Assembly: GCA_945935525.1 (NCBI GenBank)
Contig: CAMERI010000002.1
Span: 188,482-252,481, forward strand
Source of the DNA: an uncultured bacterium
Lineage (GTDB): Bacteria; Bacillota_I; Bacilli_A; RF39; UBA660
Direction: 5' to 3'
Length of the DNA: 64,000 bases
Shown here: positions 31,568 to 42,469 of the stretch, piece after piece
How positions within the stretch are numbered: the first letter of the stretch is position 1
Layout of the letters: each line of letters begins with the position of its first letter
Translations under genes and position numbers: made by a program
The notes under the pieces: generated by a model
Told to the model about the DNA's origin: nothing
Seen by the model: only the letters and a program-made list of their open reading frames with translations
Databases searched by the model: none

Positions 31568-31996
31568 TTAGTATTCTATATATTCGTGTCTTTTTATATC
31601 TCTTTCTTTTATTGACTCGCGTTTATCATATAATTTTTTACCTTGACATACACCAAGTTCTACTTTTGCTTTACCTCTTGTGAAATATATTTTTAATGGA
31701 ATTAGTGTATATCTTTTAGTAGTTATTTCTGAATCTATTTTTAAGATTTCTCTTTTATGAAGTAATAGTTTTCTTTCTCTTCTTTCATCATGATTGAATA
31801 TATTACCTTCTTCATATTTTGCAATATACATATTAGTTAGATATACTTCTCCATTTTTAATTCTTGCGTATGAGTCGTTTATATTAGCATTTCCTTTTCT
31901 TAAACTTTTTATTTCTGTTCCTTGCAGTTCTATTCCAGCTTCGTAAGTTTCTTTTATAAAATAATCATAATGTGCTTTTCTATTAAGTATTTCCAT
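31568..31996 (-). CDS. smpB: SsrA-binding protein SmpB
   Basis: Family similarity; downstream of rnr as in many Firmicutes. Confidence 0.9.
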   Translation of the reverse strand: MEILNRKAHYDYFIKETYEAGIELQGTEIKSLRKGNANINDSYARIKNGEVYLTNMYIAKYEEGNIFNHDERRERKLLLHKREILKIDSEITTKRYTLIPLKIYFTRGKAKVELGVCQGKKLYDKRESIKERDIKRHEYIEY

Positions 31997-31997
31997 T

Positions 31998-34346
31998 TTA
32001 TAATTTCCTTACTAGTGCGAAGTCTATTTCACGTTTATCTGGATTGCTTCCTATACAAGAAACTAGTATTTTGTCTCCATATCTATAAACTACTCTACCT
32101 TTTTTAGTATATCCATATACTGCATCGTTGTATTCATATGGGAAAGGTTTTACGTGTTCAGCGATGAACTGTTCTATTTCATTAGGATCTGTTAGTGTCT
32201 CTAATTCTTTAGCATCTTCTTCATTAATTATGAAGTCTACTTTTCCATCTATGTATTTGTCAGTTGTTTCTGCAAAGAATGAGTTTTGCATTGGACTATC
32301 AAGTGTTGCTTCGAATGTTTTACCTATTTTGTCTTGCATATACACTGCATCATAGTAGTCATCTACTGCATATTCACATTCAGCACTTGTTCTTTCACAT
32401 TCTGATATATGGTCACATACTTCTGTTAGGTATGAAGCCCAAAATCTTAAGTTTTCTTCACTATAATCTTTTTCTATTATGAATACTCTAAATATTGTAT
32501 GTACAAGTAAGTCTGACATTCTTCTAATTGGAGAAGTAAAGTGACAGTAATCTTCTTGTCCTAAACCAAAGTGTCCTTCGTTTTCTGGTGAGTATCTTGC
32601 TTTTTGCATACTTCTTAATAGTTTTTTACTAAATACATTGTAGTGATCACTATCTTTTAAGTATTCAAGTAAGTCTCTTATATCTCTACTACTTACGTTT
32701 TCTGGATTTATCTTTTTAGGATAATTTACTCCGAATACACTAAGCATTGTCATAAAGTCTTCTATCTTCTTAGGATTTGGTTTTTCGTGAATTCTAAATA
32801 CGAATGGTACCATTTGAGGAATAATTTGTGCTAAAGCGCCACATACGAATCTTGTGAATCCAACGTTAGCATAAATCATATGGTTTTCAATTATATGTTC
32901 TGCTTCTCTTTGTACTCTTGGCTGTATGTCGATTAGTTTATCATTTTCATCAAATATTTGTTTCTTTTCGCCGTTTGAATCAAAGTCACACTTTCCATCT
33001 TTAGCAAGTCTTGAATCCATTACTTTAGAAACTTTATACATTAATTTAATAATATCACTAATTGGTATATTTACTTCATTACCTGGTTTAAAGTCTTCTA
33101 ATTTATTAAATTCTAATAATCTTTCAGGTGTAATGCAATTTTTAAATGCGATATCATCTATTGTTTCGTTTTCTTTTACTGTATATTTTACTGTCGTATA
33201 GTCTTTAGTATCTTCTGTTTCTTTACCTTCTAAAATATCTTGAACTGCATCGTAGTTCATTTTCTTTTTAGATCTTATAACTGATAAGAATACATCTTGA
33301 TTTACTATACGACCTGAATGATCTATTTCAAGTCTACAACTTACTGCGTATCTGTCTTCATTTGGATTTAATGAACATATTCCATTTGAAAGTTCTATTG
33401 GAAGCATTGGTCCAACTTTGTTAGCTAGATAGTCTGAGTTACCTTTACTTTCTGCATATTTCCATATAGCACTTCCCATTTTGACATAATAGCTAACGTC
33501 TGCGATGTCTATCGTTGATTGGAAGTTTGCATTTGGACATATTTCATCATGTACGGCGTCATCTATATCTTTAGTATCTTTTCCATCCATTGTTGTTGTT
33601 GGGTCTCCTCTTAAGTCACGTCTTCCTAGTTTTATTTCCTTTTCTATCTCGATTGGATCTAATTTTTTTGGAAACTTCTTTGCTTCTTCTTTAGCATCTT
33701 CAGGTACTTGTACACTTACTCCAAATTCACTTGCTATCATTGTGATTACAGTATCATTTCCTGGAGCATTTTTGTGTCCGATTACTCTATCTATTTTAGC
33801 TAAGACTTTTCCTTTGGATAAATCTCTTACATAATCAATGTGAACTATTAAGCCATCTACTAAACTAAAATCAGTATTATCTGTATCAACCACTATTTCA
33901 TATGGAAGATCTTTATCTAGTGGAACTATTTTATATACGCCATCAACGTCTACTACTTCTGCTAAACTTCTGCCTAGTGAACGTTTTAATACTCTTACTA
34001 CTTTTCCTTCGTTCTTTTCTTTATTTACATAATCAACAAGAACCGTATCATTGTCAGTAGCACCTTTCATATTATTTTTAGCTATGAAAATATCTTGTCC
34101 ATCTTTTACTAGAAGGTGTGCATTACCTTTTTCATGCATATCTAAAACACCAGTAATTAATTCATTCTTTTTATAAGCGTTTCCACTTGTTTGTCTGAGT
34201 ATTCCATCTCTACATAAACTATCAAGTTCATCCATTACTTTTCTATAGTCTTCTACTGTACTATTTTTATATAGCATATTAACTATTTCAATTGGATTTA
34301 AATTCTTATTTTCTCTTTCGATTATTTCTAATATTTTTTCTCTCAT
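31998..34346 (-). CDS. rnr: ribonuclease R
   Basis: RNB catalytic domain plus a C-terminal S1 domain; 782 aa. Confidence 0.9.
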   Translation of the reverse strand: MREKILEIIERENKNLNPIEIVNMLYKNSTVEDYRKVMDELDSLCRDGILRQTSGNAYKKNELITGVLDMHEKGNAHLLVKDGQDIFIAKNNMKGATDNDTVLVDYVNKEKNEGKVVRVLKRSLGRSLAEVVDVDGVYKIVPLDKDLPYEIVVDTDNTDFSLVDGLIVHIDYVRDLSKGKVLAKIDRVIGHKNAPGNDTVITMIASEFGVSVQVPEDAKEEAKKFPKKLDPIEIEKEIKLGRRDLRGDPTTTMDGKDTKDIDDAVHDEICPNANFQSTIDIADVSYYVKMGSAIWKYAESKGNSDYLANKVGPMLPIELSNGICSLNPNEDRYAVSCRLEIDHSGRIVNQDVFLSVIRSKKKMNYDAVQDILEGKETEDTKDYTTVKYTVKENETIDDIAFKNCITPERLLEFNKLEDFKPGNEVNIPISDIIKLMYKVSKVMDSRLAKDGKCDFDSNGEKKQIFDENDKLIDIQPRVQREAEHIIENHMIYANVGFTRFVCGALAQIIPQMVPFVFRIHEKPNPKKIEDFMTMLSVFGVNYPKKINPENVSSRDIRDLLEYLKDSDHYNVFSKKLLRSMQKARYSPENEGHFGLGQEDYCHFTSPIRRMSDLLVHTIFRVFIIEKDYSEENLRFWASYLTEVCDHISECERTSAECEYAVDDYYDAVYMQDKIGKTFEATLDSPMQNSFFAETTDKYIDGKVDFIINEEDAKELETLTDPNEIEQFIAEHVKPFPYEYNDAVYGYTKKGRVVYRYGDKILVSCIGSNPDKREIDFALVRKL

Positions 34347-34418
34347 AATTACCTCTATTTACATTTTATCATAGAAATTAAAAAGTTCATAATAGAATTA
34401 CGAACTTTATTAACATTT

Positions 34419-34631
34419 TTATACTGATAAAATCATTGAAAGAATTATAAATGCAAAACCTAATGCATAAGTAAGTCTTGTTATAAACTTTTCAAATCCT
34501 CTTTCTTTTGATTTACCTAAAAGTACACTATTTCCACCAGTTATTATTTGACTTGCGTCACTTGCTTTATTACTTTGTAATAAAACTACTACGATTAATA
34601 TAACTGATATTACTAATAAAACTTTTTCCAT
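34419..34631 (-). CDS. secG: preprotein translocase subunit SecG
   Basis: 70 aa, two TM helices; conserved secG-rnr-smpB neighbourhood. Confidence 0.75.
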   Translation of the reverse strand: MEKVLLVISVILIVVVLLQSNKASDASQIITGGNSVLLGKSKERGFEKFITRLTYALGFAFIILSMILSV

Positions 34632-34683
34632 GTTTTTCTCCCTCGAGTGATATTATACTATATTTATTATTTATTTACAAGAA

Positions 34684-35922
34684 TTAGTTTTTTTCTTCTA
34701 ATTCTTCTTCTATTTTAAGAAGTCTATTGAATTTGCAAATTCTTTCTCCACGTGATACTGAACCAGTTTTTACAAATGGTATGTTTAGAGCTACTGCTGC
34801 ATCTATTATGAATGTATCTGTTGTTTCTCCACTTCTATGTGACATAATGCATGTGTAATTATTCTTTTTAGCAAGCACTATTGTTTCAAGCATTTCATAG
34901 AAAGTACCTATTTGATTTGGTTTGATTAGAATTGAATTACATAGTCCATTTTCAATACCATGTTCTAGTTCTTTTTTATTTGTTACGAATAAATCGTCTC
35001 CAACTATGTTTATTTCTTTACCAAGCCTATCTGTTATTAGTTTGAATCCTTCATAATCATTTTCATCATATGGATCTTCTATTGAGATGATTGGATAATT
35101 CTTAACTAAATCTAAATAATAATCTAGAAGTTCTTCTTTATTTAAGAATTTGTCTTCTATTTTATATGTTTTTGTTGTTTCATTATATAGTGAAGATGCT
35201 GCAACATCTAGTGCAATAAATACATCTTTTCCTGGAACGTATCCTGCTGTTTCAGTTGCTTTTACTATGTAGTTAAGTGCTGTTTTATTTGTCTCTAGAT
35301 TTGGTGCAAATCCTCCCTCATCTCCTACTGATGTTGTAAGTCCTTCGTTATCTAGAAGTTTCTTTAATGCATGGAATACTTCACTTGCACATCTAAGTCC
35401 TTCTTTAAATGATTCTCTTTTTGGAACAATCATAAATTCTTGAATATCTAAATTATTTTTAGCATGCATTCCACCATTAATTATGTTAAACATAAGTCTT
35501 GGAATTTTCTTTTCTCTTGGATTTAAGTATTCATATACTTCTTTACCCGCTTCCGCAGCTGCTGCTTTTACACATGCAAGACTTACTCCTAGAGTTGCAT
35601 TTGCTCCTAGTTTACTTTTATTTGGTGTTCCATCTAACTCTATCATTTTAGTATCTATTTCTTTTATTTGTGATACGTCAAATCCTAAAACTGCATCTTT
35701 TATAAGAGTATTTACATTATTAACTGCTTTTAATACACCTTTTCCACAGTATCTTTCATCATTATCTCTAAGTTCTAATGCTTCTCTACTTCCAGTTGAA
35801 GCTCCTGATGGTACTGCAGCAACTGCTTTTATACCTTTTTCAGTAGTTACTTCTACTTCAACAGTTGGATAGCCTCTAGAGTCTAAAATTTCTCTTGCTT
35901 TAATATTTGTTATTTTACTCAT
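34684..35922 (-). CDS. eno: enolase (start MSKITNIKAREILDSRG)
   Basis: Full-length enolase signature; GGAGGG RBS before the ATG at 35922. Confidence 0.95.
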   Translation of the reverse strand: MSKITNIKAREILDSRGYPTVEVEVTTEKGIKAVAAVPSGASTGSREALELRDNDERYCGKGVLKAVNNVNTLIKDAVLGFDVSQIKEIDTKMIELDGTPNKSKLGANATLGVSLACVKAAAAEAGKEVYEYLNPREKKIPRLMFNIINGGMHAKNNLDIQEFMIVPKRESFKEGLRCASEVFHALKKLLDNEGLTTSVGDEGGFAPNLETNKTALNYIVKATETAGYVPGKDVFIALDVAASSLYNETTKTYKIEDKFLNKEELLDYYLDLVKNYPIISIEDPYDENDYEGFKLITDRLGKEINIVGDDLFVTNKKELEHGIENGLCNSILIKPNQIGTFYEMLETIVLAKKNNYTCIMSHRSGETTDTFIIDAAVALNIPFVKTGSVSRGERICKFNRLLKIEEELEEKN

Positions 35923-36011
35923 AAATATACCCTCCAATTATTTACATAATCATTATACTATTTTTTTTAATATTATGCTATAATATTCTTGTTAAAAAAG
36001 GGAGACAAGTT

Positions 36012-37277
36012 ATGGATATAAAAGAAATTAAACCAGAAGTTTTTAGTGAGTATGCTAAAAATCATATACTTAAAAACTTCTTTCAAACTAAAGAATATGG
36101 GGATTTAATGAAGCATAGTGATTTTTCTGTTATGTATGTAGGTGCTTATCATAAAGGATTAATCGTAGGTGCAAGTTTAATTTTATATAAATCTATAGGT
36201 CCTAATATGAAATATGGATATGCTCCTCGTGGATTCTTAGTTGATTTTTATGATGAAGCGTTACTTAAGATGTTTACTAAGAAAATTAAAGAATATTTTT
36301 TAATGAAAGGATTTGCTTTTATAAAGATTAATCCTGAGGTAACATATTCAGTAGTTAATTTTGATGATAAGAGTAAACTTGTTAATTCTAAAAGTAAAGA
36401 TTTAGTCTTAAGACTTAAAGAATTAGGATATGATAAATTAAGAGATAACTTATATTTTGAATCATTACTTCCTAAATATACGCCAGTTATAAACTTACCT
36501 AACTATGATTTTAGTGTTCTTGATGAAAAATTAATTAATAATATGAAAGATGCTGAAATATCTGGTATAAGTATGTCTATTGGAAATGAAGAAGATATTG
36601 AGAAATTTTATTCTTTTGTAAATGATAAGGAAAGTAAGACTTCTACATATTATAAATTCTTTTATAAAGAGTTTAAAAAAAGTGATATGGTTGATTTACT
36701 AATGGTTAATCTTAATTATGAAACATATGTTAAATATTTACAAAAACAATATATAGTTGAACAAGAAACTAATGATGCTTTAAATAGACAGTTTGAAATG
36801 ACTCCTAATGATGCTGCTTTATATGCTAAGAAAACTAGAAGTGATGATATTATGAATAGAATATCTGCTGATATGGCTTTAGCAAATCAAAGAATGCAAG
36901 AAAATAATCCTAAAGAAGTACTTGGTGCGGCATTTGTTGTTAAATATGAAGGAAGAGTTACTATAATAATATCTGGATATAACAAAGATTTTCAAGGTAT
37001 TGATGTTAAATCATATATTTTCTATAAAATTATTGAAGAATATAAGAAAGCTGGTTATTTATACTTAGACTTATATGGAATAACTGCTGACTTTACTGAT
37101 AGTAATCCATATAAGGCTCTTAATGATTTTAAACTTAAGTTTAAACCTACTGTATATGAGTATATTGGTGAATTTGATTTAATTGTTAATAAGCCATTCC
37201 ATCAATTATTATGGTCAACTAATCAAATACAAAAAGAATTTTATAAGCCTGCGATTAAGAGAACTGGAGCAAACTAA
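36012..37277 (+). CDS. FemAB-family peptidoglycan interpeptide-bridge aminoacyltransferase
   Basis: About 420 aa; GYAPRGF motif and a central coiled region typical of FemA/FemB/FemX. Confidence 0.75.
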   Translation: MDIKEIKPEVFSEYAKNHILKNFFQTKEYGDLMKHSDFSVMYVGAYHKGLIVGASLILYKSIGPNMKYGYAPRGFLVDFYDEALLKMFTKKIKEYFLMKGFAFIKINPEVTYSVVNFDDKSKLVNSKSKDLVLRLKELGYDKLRDNLYFESLLPKYTPVINLPNYDFSVLDEKLINNMKDAEISGISMSIGNEEDIEKFYSFVNDKESKTSTYYKFFYKEFKKSDMVDLLMVNLNYETYVKYLQKQYIVEQETNDALNRQFEMTPNDAALYAKKTRSDDIMNRISADMALANQRMQENNPKEVLGAAFVVKYEGRVTIIISGYNKDFQGIDVKSYIFYKIIEEYKKAGYLYLDLYGITADFTDSNPYKALNDFKLKFKPTVYEYIGEFDLIVNKPFHQLLWSTNQIQKEFYKPAIKRTGAN

Positions 37278-37278
37278 A

Positions 37279-37312
37279 AGAATTTCATTAAATTTGAAAT
37301 TCTTTTTTATTC
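37279..37312. terminator. bidirectional hairpin terminator between the femAB-like gene and the 37307-38908 gene
   Basis: AAGAATTTCA-ttaaat-TTGAAATTCTT followed by TTTT. Confidence 0.5.
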
Positions 37313-38908
37313 TAGTATATATGGGTCAGTATAAATTCCTGTTCCACTTGTTACTTTTATTGTTGGTTTTAATGATATTACCGGATAAATTGCCCCTTCT
37401 CTACCAAATACACTATCAAAGTCTAAACTACCATTATTTCTAACTTGCACCATATTTGCTTGTTTTACCATTAATTTACTTGTAAAGAAAGCTGGTGTCA
37501 TTGTTAAATACCATTCTCCTGTATATAAGTAATAACTATTATTTTGAGTTGCTGAGTTATTAGATGTGTATCTTACCCCTCCTGCGAAAACTCCTTCATC
37601 TCCAGTTAACAAACCTATTGGATACTTAAGCATATTATTACCATATCCTGATGTACCACCACTTGCTTCTGATAAAGTGAATGAATCGTTTACTTGAGGG
37701 CATCTAAATGTAGGTTTTCCTCCTGAAAGTGGAGCCCAAGAATCTGTAGCAACTACTCTTTCAGTAAATCCGTAGAATGTTATATTTGCTGCATATCCTT
37801 TTTTAGTATTTGATGTGTTACCTATTTTATCTCTTGTAGCAAGTGATCTATCATTACAATAAATTACATTATCAACTTTACTTTTATATGTTTCATTACT
37901 TTCAATATTTGTCTTATACCAGTTATCTAGTGTTTGTTTTGCATTACTTTCATTTATGTTTGCATGTTCTTCTTCGTATGATGAACTTCCTGCTGTTCCA
38001 TACATGTAACCCATACCTGCATTATTACTAGATGCGCTTGAGAAAGCTATTGTATCTATTGATGCAGTATTTCCTGTTTGTACGCAATTTCCGTTTACAA
38101 GGCTTCCATCATATCTTAATCTTATACCACCATTTTCATTAGTTCTTATTATTCTCCAGCAATATCCACCAAACAAAGCATAATTATTTGTGACTGCTCC
38201 TCTATAATAGTAAACTCTTCTTCCCTCTTCTGTTTGAATTCCTGAAGTATAATATAATCCTTTTCCATTAGTATCACTTGATATTTTAGCAAAGTCTATT
38301 CCATTAGCAGATGTTACATGTTCACTTGCTTCTGTGTCACTATGAGGAGTATCTGCTTCTACCATTTTGCAATTTAAATTATCTGTATTTGAGTCACATG
38401 TATAATACCATTTACTTACTTCTTCATTTATTTCTTTATATCCAGTTGGTACTATTACATCACCTAATTCATTAAAACTATAGCCACCATATACAGATAA
38501 TTCAACATCTATATTATTTAATGATTTATTATCTATTGATATTTTTATAGTGTTAGTATTTGATTTGCTTGTTAGTGTTCCATATGGTAGTGCATTATCT
38601 TTAAAATATGTTATTTCTATATTATCATCTTCTTTATAAGCTAGTTTGAATTTTGTATCTATATTGTTATTTGAATTTACAACTAATTCTATATTGTTTT
38701 CTCCTGGTTCTACTGTTAACTTTGTTATTTCTGTAGAATCTTTAATAATTTTATAAGTTAACTCTGTTACATACATTTCACTTACTCTATGATTATCTGA
38801 TGTTACAAAGAATCGTGCGTATGTTACAGCTAGAGTTATGCATAAAGTTATAACAATAATAGAAGATAAAATCCATTTTTTTGTTAAAATGCTTACAAAC
38901 AACTTCAT
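37307..38908 (-). CDS. secreted protein with a SipW-cognate-type (TasA/camelysin-class) signal peptide, G/S/T/N-rich
   Basis: N-terminus ...ITLAVTYARFFVTSD resembles the camelysin/TasA signal region (GGTFAYFSD); no other recognisable domain. Confidence 0.4.
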   Translation of the reverse strand: MKLFVSILTKKWILSSIIVITLCITLAVTYARFFVTSDNHRVSEMYVTELTYKIIKDSTEITKLTVEPGENNIELVVNSNNNIDTKFKLAYKEDDNIEITYFKDNALPYGTLTSKSNTNTIKISIDNKSLNNIDVELSVYGGYSFNELGDVIVPTGYKEINEEVSKWYYTCDSNTDNLNCKMVEADTPHSDTEASEHVTSANGIDFAKISSDTNGKGLYYTSGIQTEEGRRVYYYRGAVTNNYALFGGYCWRIIRTNENGGIRLRYDGSLVNGNCVQTGNTASIDTIAFSSASSNNAGMGYMYGTAGSSSYEEEHANINESNAKQTLDNWYKTNIESNETYKSKVDNVIYCNDRSLATRDKIGNTSNTKKGYAANITFYGFTERVVATDSWAPLSGGKPTFRCPQVNDSFTLSEASGGTSGYGNNMLKYPIGLLTGDEGVFAGGVRYTSNNSATQNNSYYLYTGEWYLTMTPAFFTSKLMVKQANMVQVRNNGSLDFDSVFGREGAIYPVISLKPTIKVTSGTGIYTDPYILE

Positions 38909-38982
38909 TCCTTTTACCTCTTTTCTATAATTCTAAATTAATTATAACATGAAACACGCTTAAACAAAATAAAAAATATGTT

Positions 38983-39228
38983 TTACACATACTTTTCAAG
39001 ATCCTTTGGTACTTTATCATTTACTATCATATCTATTATTTTATTTTCTTTTTCTTCTGATACTTCTTTCCCAGTTATATCAGATAGTTCATGTATTATT
39101 TCTTTTAGAGTGTTTCTATCTTTGAAGTTTCCTTCTTGTAGTTTTCTTGCTAAACCTATTATTGTATCTTTATCTACGTTTGTTTTTTCTGTTATCCTAT
39201 TAAAAAGATTATCATTCACATATATCAC
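38983..39228 (-). CDS. small hypothetical protein (81 aa)
   Basis: ORF only. Confidence 0.3.
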   Translation of the reverse strand: MIYVNDNLFNRITEKTNVDKDTIIGLARKLQEGNFKDRNTLKEIIHELSDITGKEVSEEKENKIIDMIVNDKVPKDLEKYV

Positions 39229-39270
39229 CTAACTTATTATATGTAAATAATAAACTTTTGTTCATTTGTC

Positions 39271-40458
39271 CTAAAAATTAAACATTAACCATTCTGGTTT
39301 ATATATCATTAGTATTCCAATTGTAATCATTATAAGTCCACCTATTAAGTGTGAATACTTTCCATATTTATTTGATATTACTTTTATCTCTAGTGTTTTC
39401 ATAGCAATTATAAATATTATAATATCATCTATCATAAAGAATAAAATATATATTAATGAATAAAGTATTTGTCCAAACTTGCTTACTTCATTTATTGTTA
39501 ATATTTGTGTGAACATTACAGGTAAGCCTAATGAGCAAAGAAGTTCTACGATATTAACTGAAGCTGCTAATAATATTATTCCTAAAAGTGCTAGTATGAA
39601 TGATTTTTCTTTAACAATTTTTTGAATTGATTTTATTATTTTCTTTCTATTTTTTGTATCTACTACTTCACATCCATCATCTTTTTTAAAGAAGAATGAG
39701 TTTACTTGAATTACACCAAATAAAACGGCTACGAATGCAATTGCAACTCTAATATATAGTATTTTATTTAAGAATACTGCTAGATTTAACCAAGATATTA
39801 GGAATAAGAAATATACTAGAGCTGATGATACTAAGAATGTTATGCCTAGAGTCCACATTCTTTTTCTATTTTTCATTCCAAGTAACATTGATATAAGAAA
39901 TAAAAGTATCCACATTGCACAAGGATTGAATCCATCAACTAAGCCAATCACAACTGCTGATAGACCTATTGAAACATCTTTTATTTTTTGTTTACCAAGT
40001 ATAGGTATTTTCACTTCTGATTCTTGATAATCTGTTTTTGTTTCTTCTTCGTTTTTATCTTCAACTATTCCAAGATAAATACCTACTTTATCTTTATAAT
40101 TTATATTTTTATAATATTCTACTGCATTTTTTATTCTTTCTGGAGTTATTTCTTCATCGAATCCTGAGATTACTGTTTCTCCAATTATCAAATATGGAAT
40201 TCCACTAGATGTATCATTTAATATGTCATGCACTTTTGAATATTTTTCTTGATTATCTTTGTTATACCACACTTCATATCTATGTATTTTTATGTAATCA
40301 TTTTTCTTCAAATAAGATTCGAACCATTTTTCCTCTTCTTTACAGTGAGGACATCCATCACCATAAAATAAATAAATATTTAAATCTTTTTCACTTCCAA
40401 ATACTAAGAATGGAATAAATAGAAGTAAAAATAATAATACTTTTAATGTCTTTTTCAT
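39271..40458 (-). CDS. thiol:disulfide interchange protein: extracytoplasmic thioredoxin-like domain fused to a CcdA/DsbD-type membrane domain
   Basis: Signal peptide; GCPHC active site; membrane domain contains the NPCAMW motif. Confidence 0.7.
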   Translation of the reverse strand: MKKTLKVLLFLLLFIPFLVFGSEKDLNIYLFYGDGCPHCKEEEKWFESYLKKNDYIKIHRYEVWYNKDNQEKYSKVHDILNDTSSGIPYLIIGETVISGFDEEITPERIKNAVEYYKNINYKDKVGIYLGIVEDKNEEETKTDYQESEVKIPILGKQKIKDVSIGLSAVVIGLVDGFNPCAMWILLFLISMLLGMKNRKRMWTLGITFLVSSALVYFLFLISWLNLAVFLNKILYIRVAIAFVAVLFGVIQVNSFFFKKDDGCEVVDTKNRKKIIKSIQKIVKEKSFILALLGIILLAASVNIVELLCSLGLPVMFTQILTINEVSKFGQILYSLIYILFFMIDDIIIFIIAMKTLEIKVISNKYGKYSHLIGGLIMITIGILMIYKPEWLMFNF

Positions 40459-40709
40459 AGTTCACCTTCTATAATCCTTATAAATTCTTCCTTTTTGTGT
40501 TCTCCACATAGTCTGGTTATTTCTTTGTCATTTTTGTAAAAGATAAATACTGGAAGAATTTTACCTACGTTAAATTTTTCTATATCATCAAAATCAAAGT
40601 CGTAGTCTTCATATTCTATATCTTCATATTCTTTTTTTAACTCATTTATTATCTTATTCATTATTATGCATGATGGACATCCTAGTGAGTTTATTTTTAC
40701 TATTTTCAT
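40455..40709 (-). CDS. small thioredoxin-family protein
   Basis: CPSC redox motif; 84 aa. Confidence 0.6.
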   Translation of the reverse strand: MKIVKINSLGCPSCIIMNKIINELKKEYEDIEYEDYDFDFDDIEKFNVGKILPVFIFYKNDKEITRLCGEHKKEEFIRIIEGEL

Positions 40710-40717
40710 AATTGCTC

Positions 40718-41470
40718 CTATTTTAATGATTTAGATTTTTGTATTTTGTATGTACATTTTACTATGAATTTCCTAGTGAATAGTCTATTTGCAAATACTC
40801 CTAGTTTTATAGTAAATCCTGGTATAATTATTAATTTATTTTTATTCATACACTTTAATGTATACTTTACAACATCTTTACTTTGTAGTGATTTTACTCC
40901 AAATTTTACGTGTGCTCTTTCATTAAAGCCAGTGTCAACTGGACCAGGACATAGGATATGGATTTTTACATTACTTTTATCTCTTCTTAATTCTTCATAT
41001 ATTCCCATGCTTAGATTATAAACATATGATTTGGTTGCATAGTATGTTGACATAAGTGGTCCAGGCTCAAATGCGGCAGAGGAAGCAACATTAAGTATTT
41101 CACCTTTATCTTTCTTAACAAAGTCTTGTAAGAATAGTTTAGTTAACATATGATAAGTAATAACATTTAAATCTATCATATTAAGTTCGTTATCTAAATC
41201 AGTATCAATAAATTTACCAAATGCTCCGAATCCTGCATTATTGATTAATAAATCTACTTTTCCTTTATACTTATTATACAATTTATAAACATTTTCTTTT
41301 ACACTTAGATCCATTACTTCGATTTCAACATTTGTTTTCAATTCTTTAGCAAGTTTTTCTAATTTATCTTTTGATCTTGCTACCAAAATTAAATCATAGC
41401 CTTCTTTTGAAAGTTCTTTTGCAAAATCTGCTCCTAGACCATTAGAAGCTCCTGTTATCAAAGCTTTCAT
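40718..41470 (-). CDS. short-chain dehydrogenase/reductase (SDR)
   Basis: TGASNGLG cofactor motif and a YxxxK catalytic region. Confidence 0.85.
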   Translation of the reverse strand: MKALITGASNGLGADFAKELSKEGYDLILVARSKDKLEKLAKELKTNVEIEVMDLSVKENVYKLYNKYKGKVDLLINNAGFGAFGKFIDTDLDNELNMIDLNVITYHMLTKLFLQDFVKKDKGEILNVASSAAFEPGPLMSTYYATKSYVYNLSMGIYEELRRDKSNVKIHILCPGPVDTGFNERAHVKFGVKSLQSKDVVKYTLKCMNKNKLIIIPGFTIKLGVFANRLFTRKFIVKCTYKIQKSKSLK

Positions 41471-41508
41471 TCTATCACCTAGTAATTATTTTAACATAGT
41501 TTTTACCT

Positions 41509-41534
41509 AAAAAAAAGATTGTTGTTACAATCTT
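41509..41534 (-). terminator. Rho-independent terminator ending the vWA/kinase/PurA-like operon
   Basis: AAGATTGT-tgtt-ACAATCTT followed on the minus strand by TTTTTTTT. Confidence 0.55.
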
Positions 41535-42460
41535 CTTCCTTTGTTTGTATTTGGTTTTAATGATAAACTCATTCCTATATCTGTGTTAACATTTGCTATC
41601 TCAGTACTATTTGATAATTCTTGTAATGACTTTGTTACTCCTTCAATTCTAGTAGTAGTTTGCCCTCTTCCTTTCATATCAAGAGCATATACTTCTAAAT
41701 CTTGTTTTTGAATAGCTATAACTCCTAATATTAAATCTATAATTGCCTTTTCTTCTGGTATTCTAACTACATGCTCTGGAGGTAATACCTCTTTCCATGC
41801 ATCAGTAATATCACTTCTAAATTTATTTCCACAGTATCTATTTAGCATTACAAATACATTATCTTTAAATTTCTTATTTAATGCTTCAAATGGTTTATAT
41901 CCTTTTTCTGCTGGAATTCCTATACCTTCTGCTTGACTAAGATTTAAATCTTTATAAGGTGCTTCATCCGCTACAAAGAATACCATTGGATTTGCATCTT
42001 TTCTAAATTCTGTATTGTTTGCTAAGTAATGTGCCATTAATTCATATGATTCTTGTACTTGTCCTCCCCCAGCTCCTTCAAGAACCAACTTTTCTAAATT
42101 ACTATCTATTTCTAATCCTTTAGCAAAGTCATTTATTTGTATTGGATAATCATCTGTGTACGCGTCTCCAACTGCACAAATTGATATATCAAAATCTTTT
42201 AAATAACCTTTTTGTTCTAATTCTCCATAGAACATTGGAAATTTATCATATACTAATCTTGCAAAATTAATATTTGAACCTGTAACATCTAATACTATTA
42301 CAATTGGTGTTTTAGCATCACTTTTTATTATTTTTCCCTTTGGTAACATTTTACTATCTAGTGAAGTACTATTTAACTTGCTTGATGAATAATCGCTTGC
42401 TCCCCAACTATCATAACTACTTCCACTATAAACATCTCTATCATAACTATAACTTCCCAT
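41525..42460 (-). CDS. von Willebrand factor A (vWA) domain protein with a Ser/Tyr/Asp-rich N-terminal tail
   Basis: MIDAS-like VLDVTGS motif; N-terminus MGSYSYDRDVYSGSSYDSWGASDYSSS. Confidence 0.7.
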   Translation of the reverse strand: MGSYSYDRDVYSGSSYDSWGASDYSSSKLNSTSLDSKMLPKGKIIKSDAKTPIVIVLDVTGSNINFARLVYDKFPMFYGELEQKGYLKDFDISICAVGDAYTDDYPIQINDFAKGLEIDSNLEKLVLEGAGGGQVQESYELMAHYLANNTEFRKDANPMVFFVADEAPYKDLNLSQAEGIGIPAEKGYKPFEALNKKFKDNVFVMLNRYCGNKFRSDITDAWKEVLPPEHVVRIPEEKAIIDLILGVIAIQKQDLEVYALDMKGRGQTTTRIEGVTKSLQELSNSTEIANVNTDIGMSLSLKPNTNKGRRL

Positions 42461-42469
42461 ATAATCCTC

